The notes: a model not told the origin generated them from the letters alone. Shown: positions 1 to 17,010, counted from the first letter of the stretch. The stretch is DNA of 64,000 nt from the human T2T-CHM13v2.0 reference genome, Homo sapiens (GCA_009914755.4 CP068257.2:30336001-30400000), one strand, 5' to 3'. Numbers and translations are program-made.

Positions 1-443
1 CATTTTCTGTTTATTGTCTTTCATTCCTACAAGCCTGTCAATAGTGCATCTCTTTGGCTCACCTATGAGCAACAAGAAAAGACCACAGGTTGTCTTGGGA
101 AACACGGAATGGGGAGACCCAAACTGGTTCTTGCTGTATCATGTACCAGTTGCTCCCCTTGGACAGAGAAATTAAATTCTTTGGCTATGTGGTGTGTATT
201 TTTTAAAGAGAGAGAGGGGGAAATGGGATTTTCCACACCCCTCCTGTCTGAAGGGAGGTGGGGCTGAAACCAAGCTCCACGAATCATTGAATCGGAACCC
301 TGCCCAGAGACCTAGAGAAGAGATCACCCCAGCAGTGACTCGGGATGGGCAGGCAAGGTGGCGAGTCCCCTGTGATGGTGGCTTTCACTGGTGTCTGCGT
401 TCAGCCTGTAACATGCGTGCATTCTTTCCCAAATGTCTCCCAG

Positions 444-579
444 GTGCCATCAGTTTCCTGCGCTCTCTCCTGGAACCGGATCCTGTGAAGAGGCCAAATA
501 TTCAGCAGGCACTGGCGAATCGCTGGCTTAATGAGAATTACACGGGCAAAGTGCCCTGTAATGTCACCTATCCCAACAG
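444..579 (+). CDS. HUNK: HUNK coding exon (end of kinase domain: ...GAISFLRSLLEPDPVKRPNIQQALANRWLNENYTGKVPCNVTYPNR); probably exon 6 of 11
   Basis: Acceptor cag at 441-443 after a polypyrimidine tract; donor GTAATT at 580. Peptide matches my recollection of human HUNK. Frame continues exactly into the next exon (the R codon is split AG|G). Confidence 0.85.
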
Positions 580-899
580 GTAATTTCGTGCACCCAGAGG
601 AACTCCTCGGGAGAGACGGGGCCTGTCCTACTAGCCCTGAGCAGTTCCGGACAGAAAGCTGTCCGTGATTGAAGGAAAAGCCGCGCTCTCTCTTGGCTAT
701 CTCCCCTTCCCCCTAACACCCACACCCACACATCCACAAGAGGAAGCGTAGACAGGGCCACCATGTGCTGTTATGCCGTGTGCCCTGCAGGGGCACCTGG
801 AGGAGAGGTGAGTGGAGGCTGATATCCAGGCTTTGAGGGTCTGTATCTTCCCAGGGGGTGCCTTTTTCTAGTTCACACAAAGGGACCTTTGAGACTAGC

Positions 900-907
900 T
901 GTGGCCT

Positions 908-954
<47 letters not shown>

Positions 955-1060
955 TGAGTGTCTATGTCTGCTTGGGTCTCCATGTGCATGGGTGTTGTGT
1001 CTGTGTGTGTGTATGTGTTGTGTGTAAATTTGTGTGTGTGTGTGTGTGTGTATGTCTTTG
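900..1060. repeat. (GT)n / (GT)n(GA)n microsatellites
   Basis: gtgtgtgtgt... runs at 907-952 and 1031-1060. Confidence 0.95.
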
Positions 1061-1067
1061 TTTTGTT

Positions 1068-1351
<284 letters not shown>

Positions 1352-1740
1352 CAGTCCTTGTGTTGTGAGTGTGTTTGCGTGTGTGTGATCAGCTCACGAG
1401 CCCACCTGCCAACATCAAACAGAAACATGGGATCGCCCCTCCCTTTCCAAACCACCCTTAGATGCCTTCTTCTGCCTTGTTCTTGATGTTTATTTCAGCC
1501 CTAAGACCCCTGCCTTAAAATGTGGGAGGCAGGAAGGAAAGGCATAGGAGTCATTCGTTTTAGGCCGGGTGTCCCTATGGACTTTCCGTGAAGGCTTCAC
1601 TTTATCAGTTTCCATGAGGAGGGTTCTTTAAGCAAAGCTTGCAGACAGGAACCCACAGCATAGGAGCACTGATGGGCTCCCTGTGCAGCCCACGCTTCTC
1701 CATGCTGGTGCGCTAACTACAGATTAAAAAACATTTCTCT

Positions 1741-2037
1741 TTTTTCTTTTTTTTTTTTTTGAGACAGAACCTTACTCTGTCACCCAGGCTAGAGTGTAGT
1801 GGCATGGTCATGGCTCGCTACAGCCTCCACCTCCTGAGCTCAAGGGAGTCTCCCACCTCAGCCTCCTGAGTAGCTGTGACCACAGGCATGAGCCACCATG
1901 TCAGGCACATTTTCTATTTTTCTTCAGAGACAGGGTTTTGCCATGTTGCCCAGGCTGGTCTCAAACTCCTGGGCTCAAGTGATCCTCCTGCCTCTCAAGG
2001 TGCTGAGATTACAGGCTTGAGCCACTGTGCCCGGCCA
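1741..2037 (-). mobile_element. Alu
   Basis: Canonical Alu consensus, reverse orientation. Confidence 0.9.
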
Positions 2038-3118
2038 AAAACATTTCCTTGTATATTTTTTTCTACTCATTTGTCCTATTTCTAACTAACCTGAGCGAGG
2101 GAATGAGGGCCCTTATTTTGGCTGTTTTTGAGCAAACAAGGAAACCACGTGGGTTCAGTACCTTCCAAGACTGGGACCCACCTTCCTTCTTCCTTCAGAC
2201 CTAGGGTGGCTTGCACATTTGACCAGGCTTGGATGAAGACAAGAGAACCACTGACCCAGAGGGGCAGATAGGAGACTGAAAGGGCAGAGAAAGGGGTGTC
2301 CTGTGTGGTCATAGGTTCAATGCCTAGGAAGGTCTAGAAACACCCACCAAGCCTTATGAAAGCAGAAGTGCTGAGTCCTTCAAAGAAGATGGCCAGGCAG
2401 GGCTCTGCTTGGGATGGAAGCTCTAGAAAAACTTTAAAGGGGCGTGGGAGTCTGCATCCACACTTCAGTGCCAAATTTACACTCACCGTGCCCAGAGAGG
2501 AGGTGGTTTCACTCCGTTGCCATCTAGAATTCTAGCATTTGGCTCATGGGAGGTAATTTAAACAAAGTCTAGGTGACTTAGGTTACCAAGGGAACCTGGA
2601 AATAGATTGCTGTTTTCCAATAACAGCTCGATGTGGGCCAGGATCTGAAACAGACACCAGAAATACTACTCCAAAGCGAGGCAGGGAGCAAAGCTGAAAG
2701 GACCTTGCCTCATTATCCATACTCATGATGGAGAGCAGCACGCAGGTATGCTTTCTGTTAAAGGAGGGGGCCTTGCTGGTGGCCACATGAGTCATTAAGC
2801 TCATGTAATCACCGCCTAAATGAGCATAATCAATCCACTCAATGCGGCAACTGTTGAAGGAAGTGGAGTTGGTGTTAGACAGTATTTCCCCTCCTTGTTG
2901 GCTGCATCTTCATTCACAAAGAATTACGAGGCGACATCTCATTTTGTAGCTTTCCCACAGTTTGCAGACAGGCTTTGATAGATTAAAACTTATAAAACAG
3001 GATAGGCAACTCCTATCCTGTTGTTGCCAGATTATTGTAATGGTTTTTGCATTTGGACTTGGTCAGAAGCATAATGGCTGCACATGAAACTGGTTAAGTG
3101 GATTGTAAAACTGGCTGA

Positions 3119-3551
<433 letters not shown>

Positions 3552-4004
3552 TGGAACCAGAATTCTAGGCTGTTGGGGGAGGTACATGTTATTTACAGTG
3601 TTTATTTTGAAAAACATTTATCTTTAAGACAAAAAAAATGTATTTTTTATATTTATTTTTCTGGTTTTACTGGCATGTAGATAAAGGGAGTGAGAACATA
3701 CAAACAGAGAAAGGGATATTTTCTTTATAAAGTATGTTTTATAGTTTCCCAACATACCTAGCCCCAGATGTATTTTAAGTGTTGTCAATATTTTTCTTTT
3801 GAGAAAGTTAGGAAAATAAAGGTCTCGTATTTTACATCACTCTTCTATAAAGCCTTCTCCTGTGAAGTCATTTCAGCCTCCAAGTTGATCTCTAAAAGCA
3901 AAGAGGGAAATGTCTTTGGAAGTAAATTTTTTATAAATAAATGTTTATGCCAGTCAGTCAACAGATGTTTGCTAGGTGCCAGCTCCCCTCCTGATCCAGG
4001 TGCA

Positions 4005-4295
4005 GACTTTTTTTTTTTTTTTTTTGAGACAAGTCTTCCTTCATAGCCCAGGCTAGAGTTCAGTGGCGCAATCACAGCTCACTGTGACCTAGAACTCCTG
4101 GGCTCGAGTAACCTTCACGCCTCAGCTTCTATAGTAGAGGGACTACAGGCATGTGCTACCATCGCCAGCTAAGTGTTTCTATTTTTGTTGTAGAGATGGG
4201 GGTTTTTCTGTGTTGCCCAGGCTGGTCTTAAACTCCTGGCTCCAAGCACTCTCTGTGCCTCAGTCTCCTAAAGTGCTGGGTTTCAGACTTTTGTA
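4005..4295 (-). mobile_element. Alu (older, diverged)
   Basis: Diverged Alu consensus, reverse orientation. Confidence 0.75.
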
Positions 4296-5287
4296 CAGAG
4301 CCAAGCTTGCTGCCTCTTTCTGTCTCCCTGCAGGGGCCTGGACAGTCTCTCCACCCCTCCAGTTAGCTTTGGAACTGGTGGGAGGGGAGGAGGTCGCAGG
4401 CAATACAGGACAGAATTAGACCAAATTAGATCCATGGTATCAAAATGGATTGCATGTGAATTTGCTCAATTCAAATTATATCTAGTATTCTGGAACATTG
4501 TACCATTCTCTGTGTCATCCAAACATGAAGCCATATACAGATTGGTTAAGTGATACTTGAAAGCATCAGGTTTATGCATGGTTTATAGGAAAACATTTAA
4601 ACTATTCCTCTCAGTCCAGAGTCAGTTGACCATTTACATTTTGGCAGAGCTCGTTTTTGAAGATACTGGACATAAAAGGCAGAGATGGGGTGTCTGCCCC
4701 TGTGCACACCTCTCCTTTCCATGCTGCTGACTTTTCTTCCAGAACACCCCATACCCTCGGCGGGTGCACTGCTCTTGGGATTCCCAGGTATTTCCAAACC
4801 ACTGTTCCCTCTGCATTGTTTTGGTAGACCTCAAGTAGTTATTTTAATAAACAAACTTGTTATTAATACACTTTTTAAGCCAGTAATCGTGCCAATCCCT
4901 CTCCCACATGTTATCTGGAATGTGTAATTTTGTGACAAACAGGAATGAGGAAGGCTGATCTCATTGTTTGTTGGGTGTGTTTTCATTTGTTTGTCTTTTG
5001 GGACAGCACTTAGGCAAAAGTAGTGGAGGGAGAACTGATGTAGGTTACACCGACCGGTGGCAGGCAATGGTCAGGAGACCTCGTTCTGCTCTCGGTGCCC
5101 CTGCCAACCGGCCGTGTGCAGTGGGCAAGTTCTCTTCTTACAGAAGAACTTGCAAAGTCTCCTCTTCTTTACAATTATGGGGCTACCTCTCTGGGCATTA
5201 TGGTTCTGAGGTTCTATCCAAATGTCTTCAGACCCCTTGACATGGAGGCTAGTGGCTCTCCAGCCAGATAACTTGCCTTCTGCTCCG

Positions 5288-5660
5288 ATTGCCCTCTTTG
5301 TATCACTCTTTTTATTTATTTATTATACTTTTATTATACTTTTTAATTTTTTTATTATACTTTTAAGTTCTAGGGTACATGTGCACAACGTGCAGGTTTG
5401 TTACATATATATACATGTGCCATGTTGGTTTGCTGCACCCATTAACTCGTCATTTGCATTAGGTATATCTCCTAATACTATCTCTCCCCCTTCCCCACCA
5501 CAGGCCCTGGTGTGTGATGTTCCCCACCCTGTGTCCAAGTGTTCTTATTGTTCAATTCCCACCTATGAGTGAGAAGATGCGGTGTTTGGTTTTCTGTCCT
5601 TGCGATAGTTTGTTCAGAATGCCATCATTCTTTGTATCACTCTTAAGGGATTTAGAATGT
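5288..5660 (-). mobile_element. L1 (L1PA-type) 3'-end fragment in HUNK intron
   Basis: Reverse complement of the canonical L1 3' end (ttctagggtacatgtgcacaacgtgcaggtttgttacatat...cccacctatgagtgagaa). Confidence 0.8.
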
Positions 5661-5739
5661 TCTTTTGACACAGCCCCACTACCAACACATACACTCCCTT
5701 AGAGCCCTCCCCCTGATTTCTCAGTCTCCATAGCCATTG

Positions 5740-5759
5740 GATGATGGTGATGGTGGTGG

Positions 5760-5790
<31 letters not shown>
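5740..5790. repeat. (GATGATG/GTGATG)n microsatellite
   Basis: gatgatggtgatggtggtggtgatgatgatgatgatgatgatgatgg. Confidence 0.9.
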
Positions 5791-6732
5791 TGTGTCTGTT
5801 TATTTGGGAAGCAGTGAGCATCTAGACACTGAACCCGGCTGCCGGTTCTTAATTCTAGGGCTGTCACTTCCTGCCTGTGTGACCCTGGGCAAGGTACTGC
5901 ATTGCTGTGGGCTTTGGTTTTGTTATCTGTAAAGTTGGGGTCATGATAGTACCTACTCATAGGACTATCAGGATGACTAAGTGAATTTACATCCTCTCTT
6001 CCCCACTGGGAGGGTGAACAAATGAATGCGTAGATGAATGAAGCCCGGTATTTCTTTGCCATTTTATCCCAAGGAGTTTATCTTCACAGTCCCCTTGTGA
6101 AGTAGCTTTAACTCTCTTCCTCTGAGAGGACCCCACTTTGCCGCTGAGCCCTGAACCCCCCATGTATGAACTTATGAACTCTTTCTGTTCCCCTAAACAT
6201 GATCTGGCTAGTTCCTGAATACCTTCCTTTTCCACCCCAAAATCCAGAGTCAGAGTGGCTTCTGTCCATGACAACCAATACATTTTAAGGAAAGAATGTG
6301 TGATCATAAGGAAATCTGGGGGACAGTTGGGAGATTTGAGTATAATCTGGGTATTAGATGCTATTAAGTGATTATTAAAATTTTATTGGGTATGTTGATG
6401 GTATTGCGGTTCTGTGGGGGACATCTTTGGTTTTTGAAGGTGCACACTCAAGGGTTAAGGGGTAAAATGTCATGATGTTTGTAATTTAAAATACTTCAGC
6501 AAAAAAAAAATGCAAGGATGGCAAAGTGATCACTGGTATATCTAGATGATGGTATACATAAAGTGATTGTACTATTCCCTCCGCTTTTCTGAATACGAGA
6601 ACATTTTCAAAATAAAAACTCAAGTCAGTGAATGAATGAGTGAATGAATGAAGCTGATTGTGCCCAGGGGGTCTGTGTGGGGCTCTCCGTGAAGTGCAGG
6701 GGTGACTGGTCCTCTCTCTCTGCACCTCGCAG

Positions 6733-6895
6733 GATTTCTCTGGAAGATCTGAGCCCGAGCGTCGTGCTGCACATGACCGAGAAGCTGGGTTACAAGAACA
6801 GCGACGTGATCAACACTGTGCTCTCCAACCGCGCCTGCCACATCCTGGCCATCTACTTCCTCTTAAACAAGAAACTGGAGCGCTATTTGTCAGGG
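6733..6895 (+). CDS. HUNK: HUNK coding exon (ISLEDLSPSVVLHMTEKLGYKNSDVINTVLSNRACHILAIYFLLNKKLERYLSG)
   Basis: Acceptor ...ctcgcag|G at 6731-6732; donor GTAAGT at 6896. The first base completes the AGG (Arg) codon started in the previous exon. Continuous frame. Confidence 0.88.
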
Positions 6896-8623
6896 GTAAG
6901 TGCGACCCTAGAGGCGATCGTCTCTGCTGTCTGTGGAAAAAAGAGCTCCTACACCCAAAGTGCTTCTCAGTTGCTGACACTTGATCCAAGCTGCTAATTT
7001 AATCTAATGTGAGGCTGAGTTTTCTGAATGTGGGATAAAGTCGTAGCTAAACCTGCTTCTCAGGGAGTGCCTTTTATCTGCAATGTTTTTCAAATACTCT
7101 CCCACCGAGTTAAGCCCTGGGCAGAATTGGGAGGGGTTCAAGCCTCTTTTTCCTTCAACAGCATCTCTGTTGTCTTTTTTTTTTTTGTTCTGCTGCCTCT
7201 TAGGTCTTTGGGTTCCCCATGTTGGAGGCATTGGAGGGTTCTCTGGTCCTAAAACTCGGGTAGCAGTGCCTCCCGGGCATTTGTCTCTGAACTATGGTAT
7301 TATATATGAGAAAGCCACTATTTAGGTTTAACTTCTCCAGAAAATAAGAACAAAATTGGACTTGCCTGGCCTGACTCTGGCACCTTCCCTCAGTCTGAGT
7401 GTCAGAAAGTCCAAGTGTCTGGTGTCACCCGCGAGGTACCTTTGGGGTTTCCACAGCGTGGGGTGGATGGTGGGACCCTGACACCCTGTCCCCTTCATCA
7501 TTTTTGCCACAAGCAGTTTCTGTGTGCCTGAGTAAGAGAATTTATGTGCCTTAAATTGTCTCTCTCCAAATGGACAATGGCTTAAAAAGAATTCTGCAAA
7601 TTGGATCCAAGACAATATGGAGTCTGCATACAGCAGCTCATGCTTTTACTCAGAATGGTGGGTGCTGACCAGCTCTAACAGGGAGTCAGCCAAAGAAATT
7701 CAGAATTGCCAGGAAGCCTATCTGAAATTTGACTGAGTGTTCACTTTCACGAGGGACCACCTTCACCCTGGGCCTGTTGCACCTTGACATCTGATGGCGT
7801 GGAGTTGTCACTGTTAGGAAGACATTTACCATCCAGAACATGTGCTATTGAAGTCACGTGATAGCCCAATATGTCACCAAATTTCACTAGACAATAGGCT
7901 TAGAAACCTTTTTGAGGTTTCTATATGAGAGCTAAAGATGAAAATCTACCTGCAGTTGGGGAAATGATATTCTCGCTGGCATGGTGGAGATGACCAAATT
8001 AATACCCGGAGGACAAGGTAGTCAGTGTGTGTCTTTTGTTAGCAAATGGATTTGGGAGCCGTCTAGAAAACATTGCTGAACAGATGAAGATGCTCCACGG
8101 GAGGTTGGTTAAACATTTGGATGAAAGTACAGATGTTTCTAAGCTGATTTAGCTCAGAATATTGGCTAGATTGTGCTTCCATTGTGCTTCCGCAGGAAAT
8201 TATCCACAGAACTCCTTTGTTTTTGTTTTTGTTTTTTTGTGAACCACCAAAGGAAAGATCTACATGAGAAGAAGTACTCTCAACAATAAAGAGATTTAAC
8301 AATGTTTTATGGGGGAAAAAACGTGGTCTGTATGATGGGGTGGCACCTCTCTGATGGGGACAGAGTCAACGCTTTGAGTTAGATTTCACAGATGGTGTCA
8401 CTGTGGCTGCCTTGCTCATAGAAAGCTACTGGAGAAGAGATGTCAAATCCAGAAAGACAGGACTTTCAACATATAGTATACTATTTATTTTATTTTATTA
8501 TATGATGAGGAGAGATTCAGAAAATCTCTTGTATCACACAGCAGTTCTCTGTTCTCTCATCACAAGGAACATAAAAGACATACTGGACTTGAAGCTGTTT
8601 CTCTCTCATTTCTCTTGTTTTAA

Positions 8624-8942
<319 letters not shown>

Positions 8943-9248
8943 CCTCTTTTTTTTTTTTTTCTTTTGAGATGAGGTCTCACTCTGTCACCCAGGCTAGAGT
9001 GCAGTGGCATGATCTCGGCTCACTGCAACATCTGCTTCCTGGGTTCAAGTGATTCTCCCACCTCAGTGTCCTGAGTAGCTGGGACTACAGGTACGCACCA
9101 CCATGACCAACTAATTTTTGTATTTTTGGTAGAGATGGGGTTTTGCCATGTTGCCCAGGCTGGTCTTGAATTCCTGAGCTCAAGCAGTCTGCCCACCTTG
9201 GCCTCCCAAAGTGCTAGGAATACAGCTGTGAGCCACCATGCCCGACCC
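8943..9248 (-). mobile_element. Alu (tandem with previous)
   Basis: Canonical Alu, reverse orientation. Confidence 0.9.
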
Positions 9249-9889
9249 CATTTCTCTTTTGCAAAAAGACTATATTCCCCAAACTTCTTTCTCATACTTT
9301 AAAATTTCTATTTATTATATATCTTATAGCGTACATGATATATTCGTACAATGTTACATGCTTATAATTTATAAATATGCATATGTTGCAGGTGCCTGCT
9401 TACAAGTTTGTCACACATAAGGGATTAGGGTCATAGCATTTGGACACCACCATGCTATAGAGGATGAAAGTTAAGAATTTAAATAGTCTTCAGATAAAAG
9501 GAAGAAAAGAGGGTTAATGCACTGGTAATCTTTTTCAGGTGATGAATACTGTTCAAAACTTAGTTATTCAAATGTGTTTTCATGAAACTGACTATATTAT
9601 AAAGTTCATGATTTTGCTTATTAGAGAATGACATTGCTACTTTCCCAAGTAAGTTAACAGTTCCAAACATTTTTCTTTTGGTGGAACTAGTTCTTCAGGT
9701 GCTGACCAAGTAAGATGGAGGGGTGTTAGGTTTTAAAAAACTGTCCTATGTTTACTTCCACATTTAGAGATACAAGCTTTTGTGATTCACGCTCTTCTTA
9801 AACAATTACATAGCTCATGCCAAGCAAGAGAGACATTTTATCTGAAGCTTTTTTGTCTTTTAAAACCAAACCAAACCAAAACACAACAA

Positions 9890-10180
9890 AAAGAGTCTCA
9901 CTCTGTCGCCCAGGCTGGAGTGCAGTGGCACAATCATGGATCACTGGAGCCTCGACTTCCTGGGCTCAAGCCATCCTGCTATAGTCCCAGCTACTCAGGA
10001 GGCTGAGGCAGGAGGATCGCTTGAGCCTGGGAAGTCGAGGCTAATTGTATTTTTTGTAGAGACGGGGTTTCGCCATGTTGCCCAGGCTGGTCTCTAACTC
10101 CTGGGCTCAAGCAGTCCGCCCGCCTAGGCCTCCCAAAGCGCTGGGATTATAGGCATGAGCCACTGCACCTGGCCTGAAGC
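9890..10180 (-). mobile_element. Rearranged Alu with internal inverted (+) Alu segment
   Basis: Reverse-orientation Alu arms flank a forward-orientation piece (tagtcccagctactcaggaggctgaggcaggaggatcgcttgagcctgggaagtcgaggct). Confidence 0.7.
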
Positions 10181-11282
10181 TCTTAGACTGTGTCCTGAGG
10201 TGCCTGGGTGTGTTGCCAGCTGCTGCATTTCTGCCTGTCTGCTTTGCCCAGCATCCAGGCTGCAAGTGTTGCAAAGCAGAGTGTGGCTTTGTCATCTGAG
10301 AACATTCTCTGGAAACTCAGCTGGTGTCATTCTAACTGGAAAAGGTTTGGGGGTTGTTTTCAATTAAATTTATTTAATTGACCAAAAAAATGGTATATAT
10401 TTATCCTGTACAACATGATGCTTTGAAATATATATACATTGTGGAATGGCTAAATCAAGCTAAATAATATATGTGTAACCACACAAATTTATCATTTATT
10501 TGTGGTGAGACCATTGAAAATCTACTCTCTTAGCAATTTACAAGAATAAATACACTGTTATTAACTATAGTCACCACATTGTTCAATCATGTCTTAAATT
10601 TTTTTCCTCCTGTTTAACTGAAATTTTGTATCTTTTGACCAATATCTCTTCTGCCCACTTTCCCTCATCCCCTTCAGCCTCTGGTAACCATCATTCTACT
10701 CTCTACTTCTGTGACCTACACTTTTTAGATTCCATGTATAAGTGAGATTGTACACTATTTGTCTTTCTGTGCCTGGCTTATTTCACTTAGCATAATGTCC
10801 TCTAGGTTCATCCATATTGTCAAAAATGACAGAATTTCTGTCTTTTTAAAGGTTGAATAGTATTCCATTATATATATGTACCACACACTTTCTTTATTCA
10901 TTCATCCGTTGATGGACACAATAGCCATTTCCTGGCTATTGTAAATAATGCTGCATTGAACATGGGGTGGGGGTGCATATGTGTCTTCAACATACTGATT
11001 TCATCTCCTTTGGATATAGACCCAGAAGTGGAATTGCTGGATCACATGGTAGTTCTACTTTTAATTTTTTGAGGATCCATACTGATTTCCATAATGGTTG
11101 TACTAATTTACATTCCCACCGACAGTGTGCAAAGGTTCTTTCTTCTCCACATCCTCTCCAACATGTGGTATCTTCCATCTTTATGATAAAAGCTGTTCTT
11201 ACAGATGTGAGGCAGTATCTCATTGTAGCTTTAATTTGCATTTCCCTTATGATTGGTGATGTTGAGCATACCTATTGGCCAT

Positions 11283-11998
<716 letters not shown>

Positions 11999-12254
11999 GC
12001 ATTCTTTATATGTTCTTTGTCAGATGTATGGTTTACAAATATTTTATCCCATTCCATAGATCTCTTTACTCTGTCGATTATTTCCTTTGTTGTGCAGAGC
12101 TTTTGAATTTGATGTAATTACATTTGTCTATTTGTGCTTTTGTTGCCTGTGCTTTGGGAGTCATGTCCAAAAAATCATTGTCCAGACCAATGTAATGAAG
12201 CCTTTTCTGTAGGTTGTCTTCTAGTAGATTTATAGTTTTGGATCTTGTTTGTTT

Positions 12255-12882
<628 letters not shown>

Positions 12883-12894
12883 GGGCCTAAGTCT

Positions 12895-13230
<336 letters not shown>

Positions 13231-14339
13231 TGAGACAGGGTCTGATTTCATTCTCTGTGGATGTCCAGTTTTCCAACACCATTTATTTAAGAGGATCTCC
13301 TTTCCCCATTCTGTGTTCTTGGCAGCTTTGTCAAAAAGTAATTGACCGTAAGTGCATGGATTCATTTTTGGACTCTCTTTTCTATTCCATTGGTCTATGT
13401 GTCTCTGTTTTTATGCCAGTATCATGCTGTTTTGGTTTCTATAGCTTTGTGATGTGTTTTGAAGTCAGGTGGTGTGATGCATCAACTTTGATTTTATTGT
13501 TCAAAATGACTTTGGCTATTCAGGGTCTTTTGTGGTTCCATACAAATGTTAGGATTTTTTTTTTTTTTCTGTTTCTGTGAAAAACGTCATTGGAATTTTG
13601 ACAGGGATTCCATTGAATCCGTAGATTGCTTAGTATAGTATGGACATTTTAATCATATTAATTCTTCCAATCTGTGAACATGGAATCTTTTCATTTACTT
13701 GTGTCTTCTTCAATTTCTTTCATCAGTGTCTTATAGTTTTCAGTGTACAGATCTTTCACTTCCTTGGTTACATTTATTCCTAAGCATTTGATTTTTTTAT
13801 GGCTATTGTAAGTGGCATTGCTTTCTTGATTTCATTTTTGAATAGTTTGTTGTTAGTGTATGAAAACACTATTGATTTTTGTATATTGATTTTGCATTCT
13901 GCAACTTTACTAAATTCATTTAGTAGTTCAAACAGTTTTTTGGTAGTCTTTAGGGTTTTCTATATATAAGATCGTGTATCTACAAACAGGGACAATTGAA
14001 CTTCCTTTCCAATTTTGATTCCTTTTATTTATTTATTTATTTACTTATTTATTTAGTTTAACAATTTCCCAAATATTTTTATTTTTATTTTTTCTTCAAC
14101 TTTTATTTTAAGTTCTGGGGTACATGTTTAGGATGTGCAGGTTTGTTACATAAGTAAACATGTGCCATGGTGGTTTGCTGCACAGATCAACCCATCACCT
14201 AGGCATTAATCCCAGCGTTCCTTAGCTATTCTTCCTGAGGGTGCCTTTGATTTCTTTCTCTTGCCTAAGTGCTCTGGCTAGGACGTGCAGTACTATGTTG
14301 AATAGAAGTAGTAAGAGTGGGCTTCTTTGTCTTATTCCT

Positions 14340-14545
14340 GAACAAGTTGTCTATGGGGATTAATTCACTCTAGTTAGAAACACCTGCTTGCCTAGAGTGT
14401 GGATTCTCAGACCAGTTGTGAGTTTTATGATGTCTGTTTCACATTTAATGCTTAAATCATAGGGCATACCTAGTCTGAGAATCCATACTCTAGGCGAGTG
14501 GCTGTTTTTAACTGGAGTGAATTAATCCCTACAGACAACTCAACT
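14340..14545. mobile_element. Nonautonomous DNA transposon (MITE-like), about 205 bp, with roughly 29-bp terminal inverted repeats
   Basis: gttgtctatggggattaattcactctagt ... actggagtgaattaatccctacagacaac are reverse complements with 2-3 mismatches. Confidence 0.5.
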
Positions 14546-14895
14546 GCTCAGTAATTTCTGCACATGGCTAATTTAATTGTACTGTATGCATTGTCCCGGT
14601 TATTAATTTTATCAACCAATTATTTACACCCCGTGTGTAATTTTGAAGCCAAATCTAGTGAACTAAAAAGTAAAATGTTATCTCTTAATTGTCATCTCTT
14701 CCCTTCTCTTTTGGTTTCCTCTTTTTAAAACCACGAAGTTCGTATTTTAAGATAGAGAGCCTGTAAGGGCATTTATTAACTATTTGTTGGTTGATTAATT
14801 AATTAATCCATGTTTTTATTTCACCCATTTCCAGACAGGATTGCACCTTCCTCAGCTTAGGTGCAGCTGTTTATCTTCTTTGAGCTATGTTATGA

Positions 14896-15304
<409 letters not shown>

Positions 15305-15711
15305 TAAAGCAAACAAGCAAGATCTATGTTCTATGCAGTGGTTCAATAAAATAAGTTATTCTTTCCAGCTCATTTTCTTGGTTTCTCTGTTCGTGTTTTT
15401 GAGTAGTCTTACTGCACAGATAAAAGAACTGAGGCCCTGCAGGGGGCAGTGATCTACTCAGGGTCACCTGGCCCTTTGCTGGCAGCGATAGTAACACAAA
15501 GTAGGTGACCTGACTCTGCGCCCAGGGCTCTCCCCACACTGCAACCTGCCTGCAGGCCTTCCTGGGGTGAGACTTGATGTTGCAATTTACTGGACTGCCA
15601 AACATTTCCAGCATTCTCTCAGCCAAGCGCTGATTTAAAAATTAATGACTGCTTAATGGGCATTTCTATTTCTGAGAGTTGAGCTGTGCTTTTTCTTTTC
15701 TCCTCTGGTAG

Positions 15712-15795
15712 AAATCTGACATCCAGGACAGCCTCTGCTACAAGACCCGGCTCTACCAGATAGAAAAGTACAGGGCCCCCAAGGAGTCCTATGAG
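15712..15795 (+). CDS. HUNK: HUNK coding exon (KSDIQDSLCYKTRLYQIEKYRAPKESYE)
   Basis: Acceptor tttcttttctcctctggtag| followed by donor GTGAGT at 15796. Phase 0 in and out. 84 nt. Confidence 0.88.
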
Positions 15796-17010
15796 GTGAG
15801 TGACCCCTGAAGCAAACCTCAGGGTCTCTTAGGAAGGGTGGATTTCCATTTGCAGTAATTGGAAAAGAAACCAATTACTGTGGGACACTGAAGTAGCAAA
15901 AGACACATACTTACGCTCATAACTGAGCCCTTGAGAAATGGTTTACAGCGGAACCAGCTTTGCGGTGTCTAAACCATGGTTCTCAGCTGTGGCTGCATGT
16001 TAAAGTCACGGGGAGCGTTTAAACATCTGGATGCCCAGGCCGCACCTCGGACCCATTCCATTGAATCTTGGGAGGTGAGACTCGGGTATCAGGAGTTTTT
16101 AAAGCTCCCTGGATGTTCCAATGAGCAGCCAAAGTTGAAAACCACTGTCAGGATCTCCCAAAATGAAAATGAGATGTTTCAGTGTTTCACTCATATGTGA
16201 GTGAAACTAGCAAAAATTGATCTCATAGAAGTACAGAGTAAAACTGTGGTTATTAGAGGCTTGGAATGGCAGGGGGAAGGGAGGGTAGAGAGAGGTTGCT
16301 TAACGAACATGAAATTACGGCTAGACAGAAGGAATAAGTTCCGGTGTTCTGTGGCACTGTAGGGTGACTATAGTTAACAGTAACTTATTATGTATATTCA
16401 AAAAGCTAAAAGAGAATTTTGAATGTTCCCAATAAAAAGAAATGATAAATATTTGAGGTAATAAATATGCTGATCACCCTGATTTGATCATTACATATTG
16501 AATACATAGATGGAAATATCATTCTCTGTCCCATAAAAAAGATGTATAATGATTATGCGTCAACTAAAAATAAAAGGAAAAAAATGCAAATGCTAGAAAA
16601 AAATGAGATGCTTAAAAATAGAGCTGAGTGTAACACGTGGCATCAGAAGAAAGTGAGATGAGGAACGCAAAAGTTTGGGATCAGGCAGGCTTTCCTGGCC
16701 AGCTGTCCCTGGTGACCTGATGTAACCTGGGACGTACCTAGAGAAAAAGAACACAACTCTGATTTCAGAATAAAAACTAGGCTCCTGTAGCAAACATCCC
16801 ACATCCATGTTTGTTAGGAAACTGTGTCTGTGAATTCCAGATCCAGGGAGGGGGCCAGGAGTGGGGTGCAGCCTCAGGGCCCCTCATTCACTTTTTGCCA
16901 AGTGAGCTTTTCTTTCTCTCAGTGATTTTCCTGGGAACCACCTTCCCTTTTCCCTCTGGAGCCTGTTTATGTCCCCTGAGTGTCCTTGCCACAGGAACCT
17001 CTCTCCTGGG

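Noticed and set aside
194-583. 129-aa ORF MYFLKRERGKWDF... containing the HUNK exon
   Set aside because: Only the last 45 codons (444-579) are exonic. The upstream part is intron read in frame: there is a clear acceptor at 441-443 and the upstream peptide has no kinase similarity.
10987-11241. 84-aa minus-strand ORF with clear protein similarity
   Set aside because: It is the L1 ORF2p C-terminal fragment inside a truncated, Alu-riddled L1. It is a retrotransposon remnant, not a host gene.
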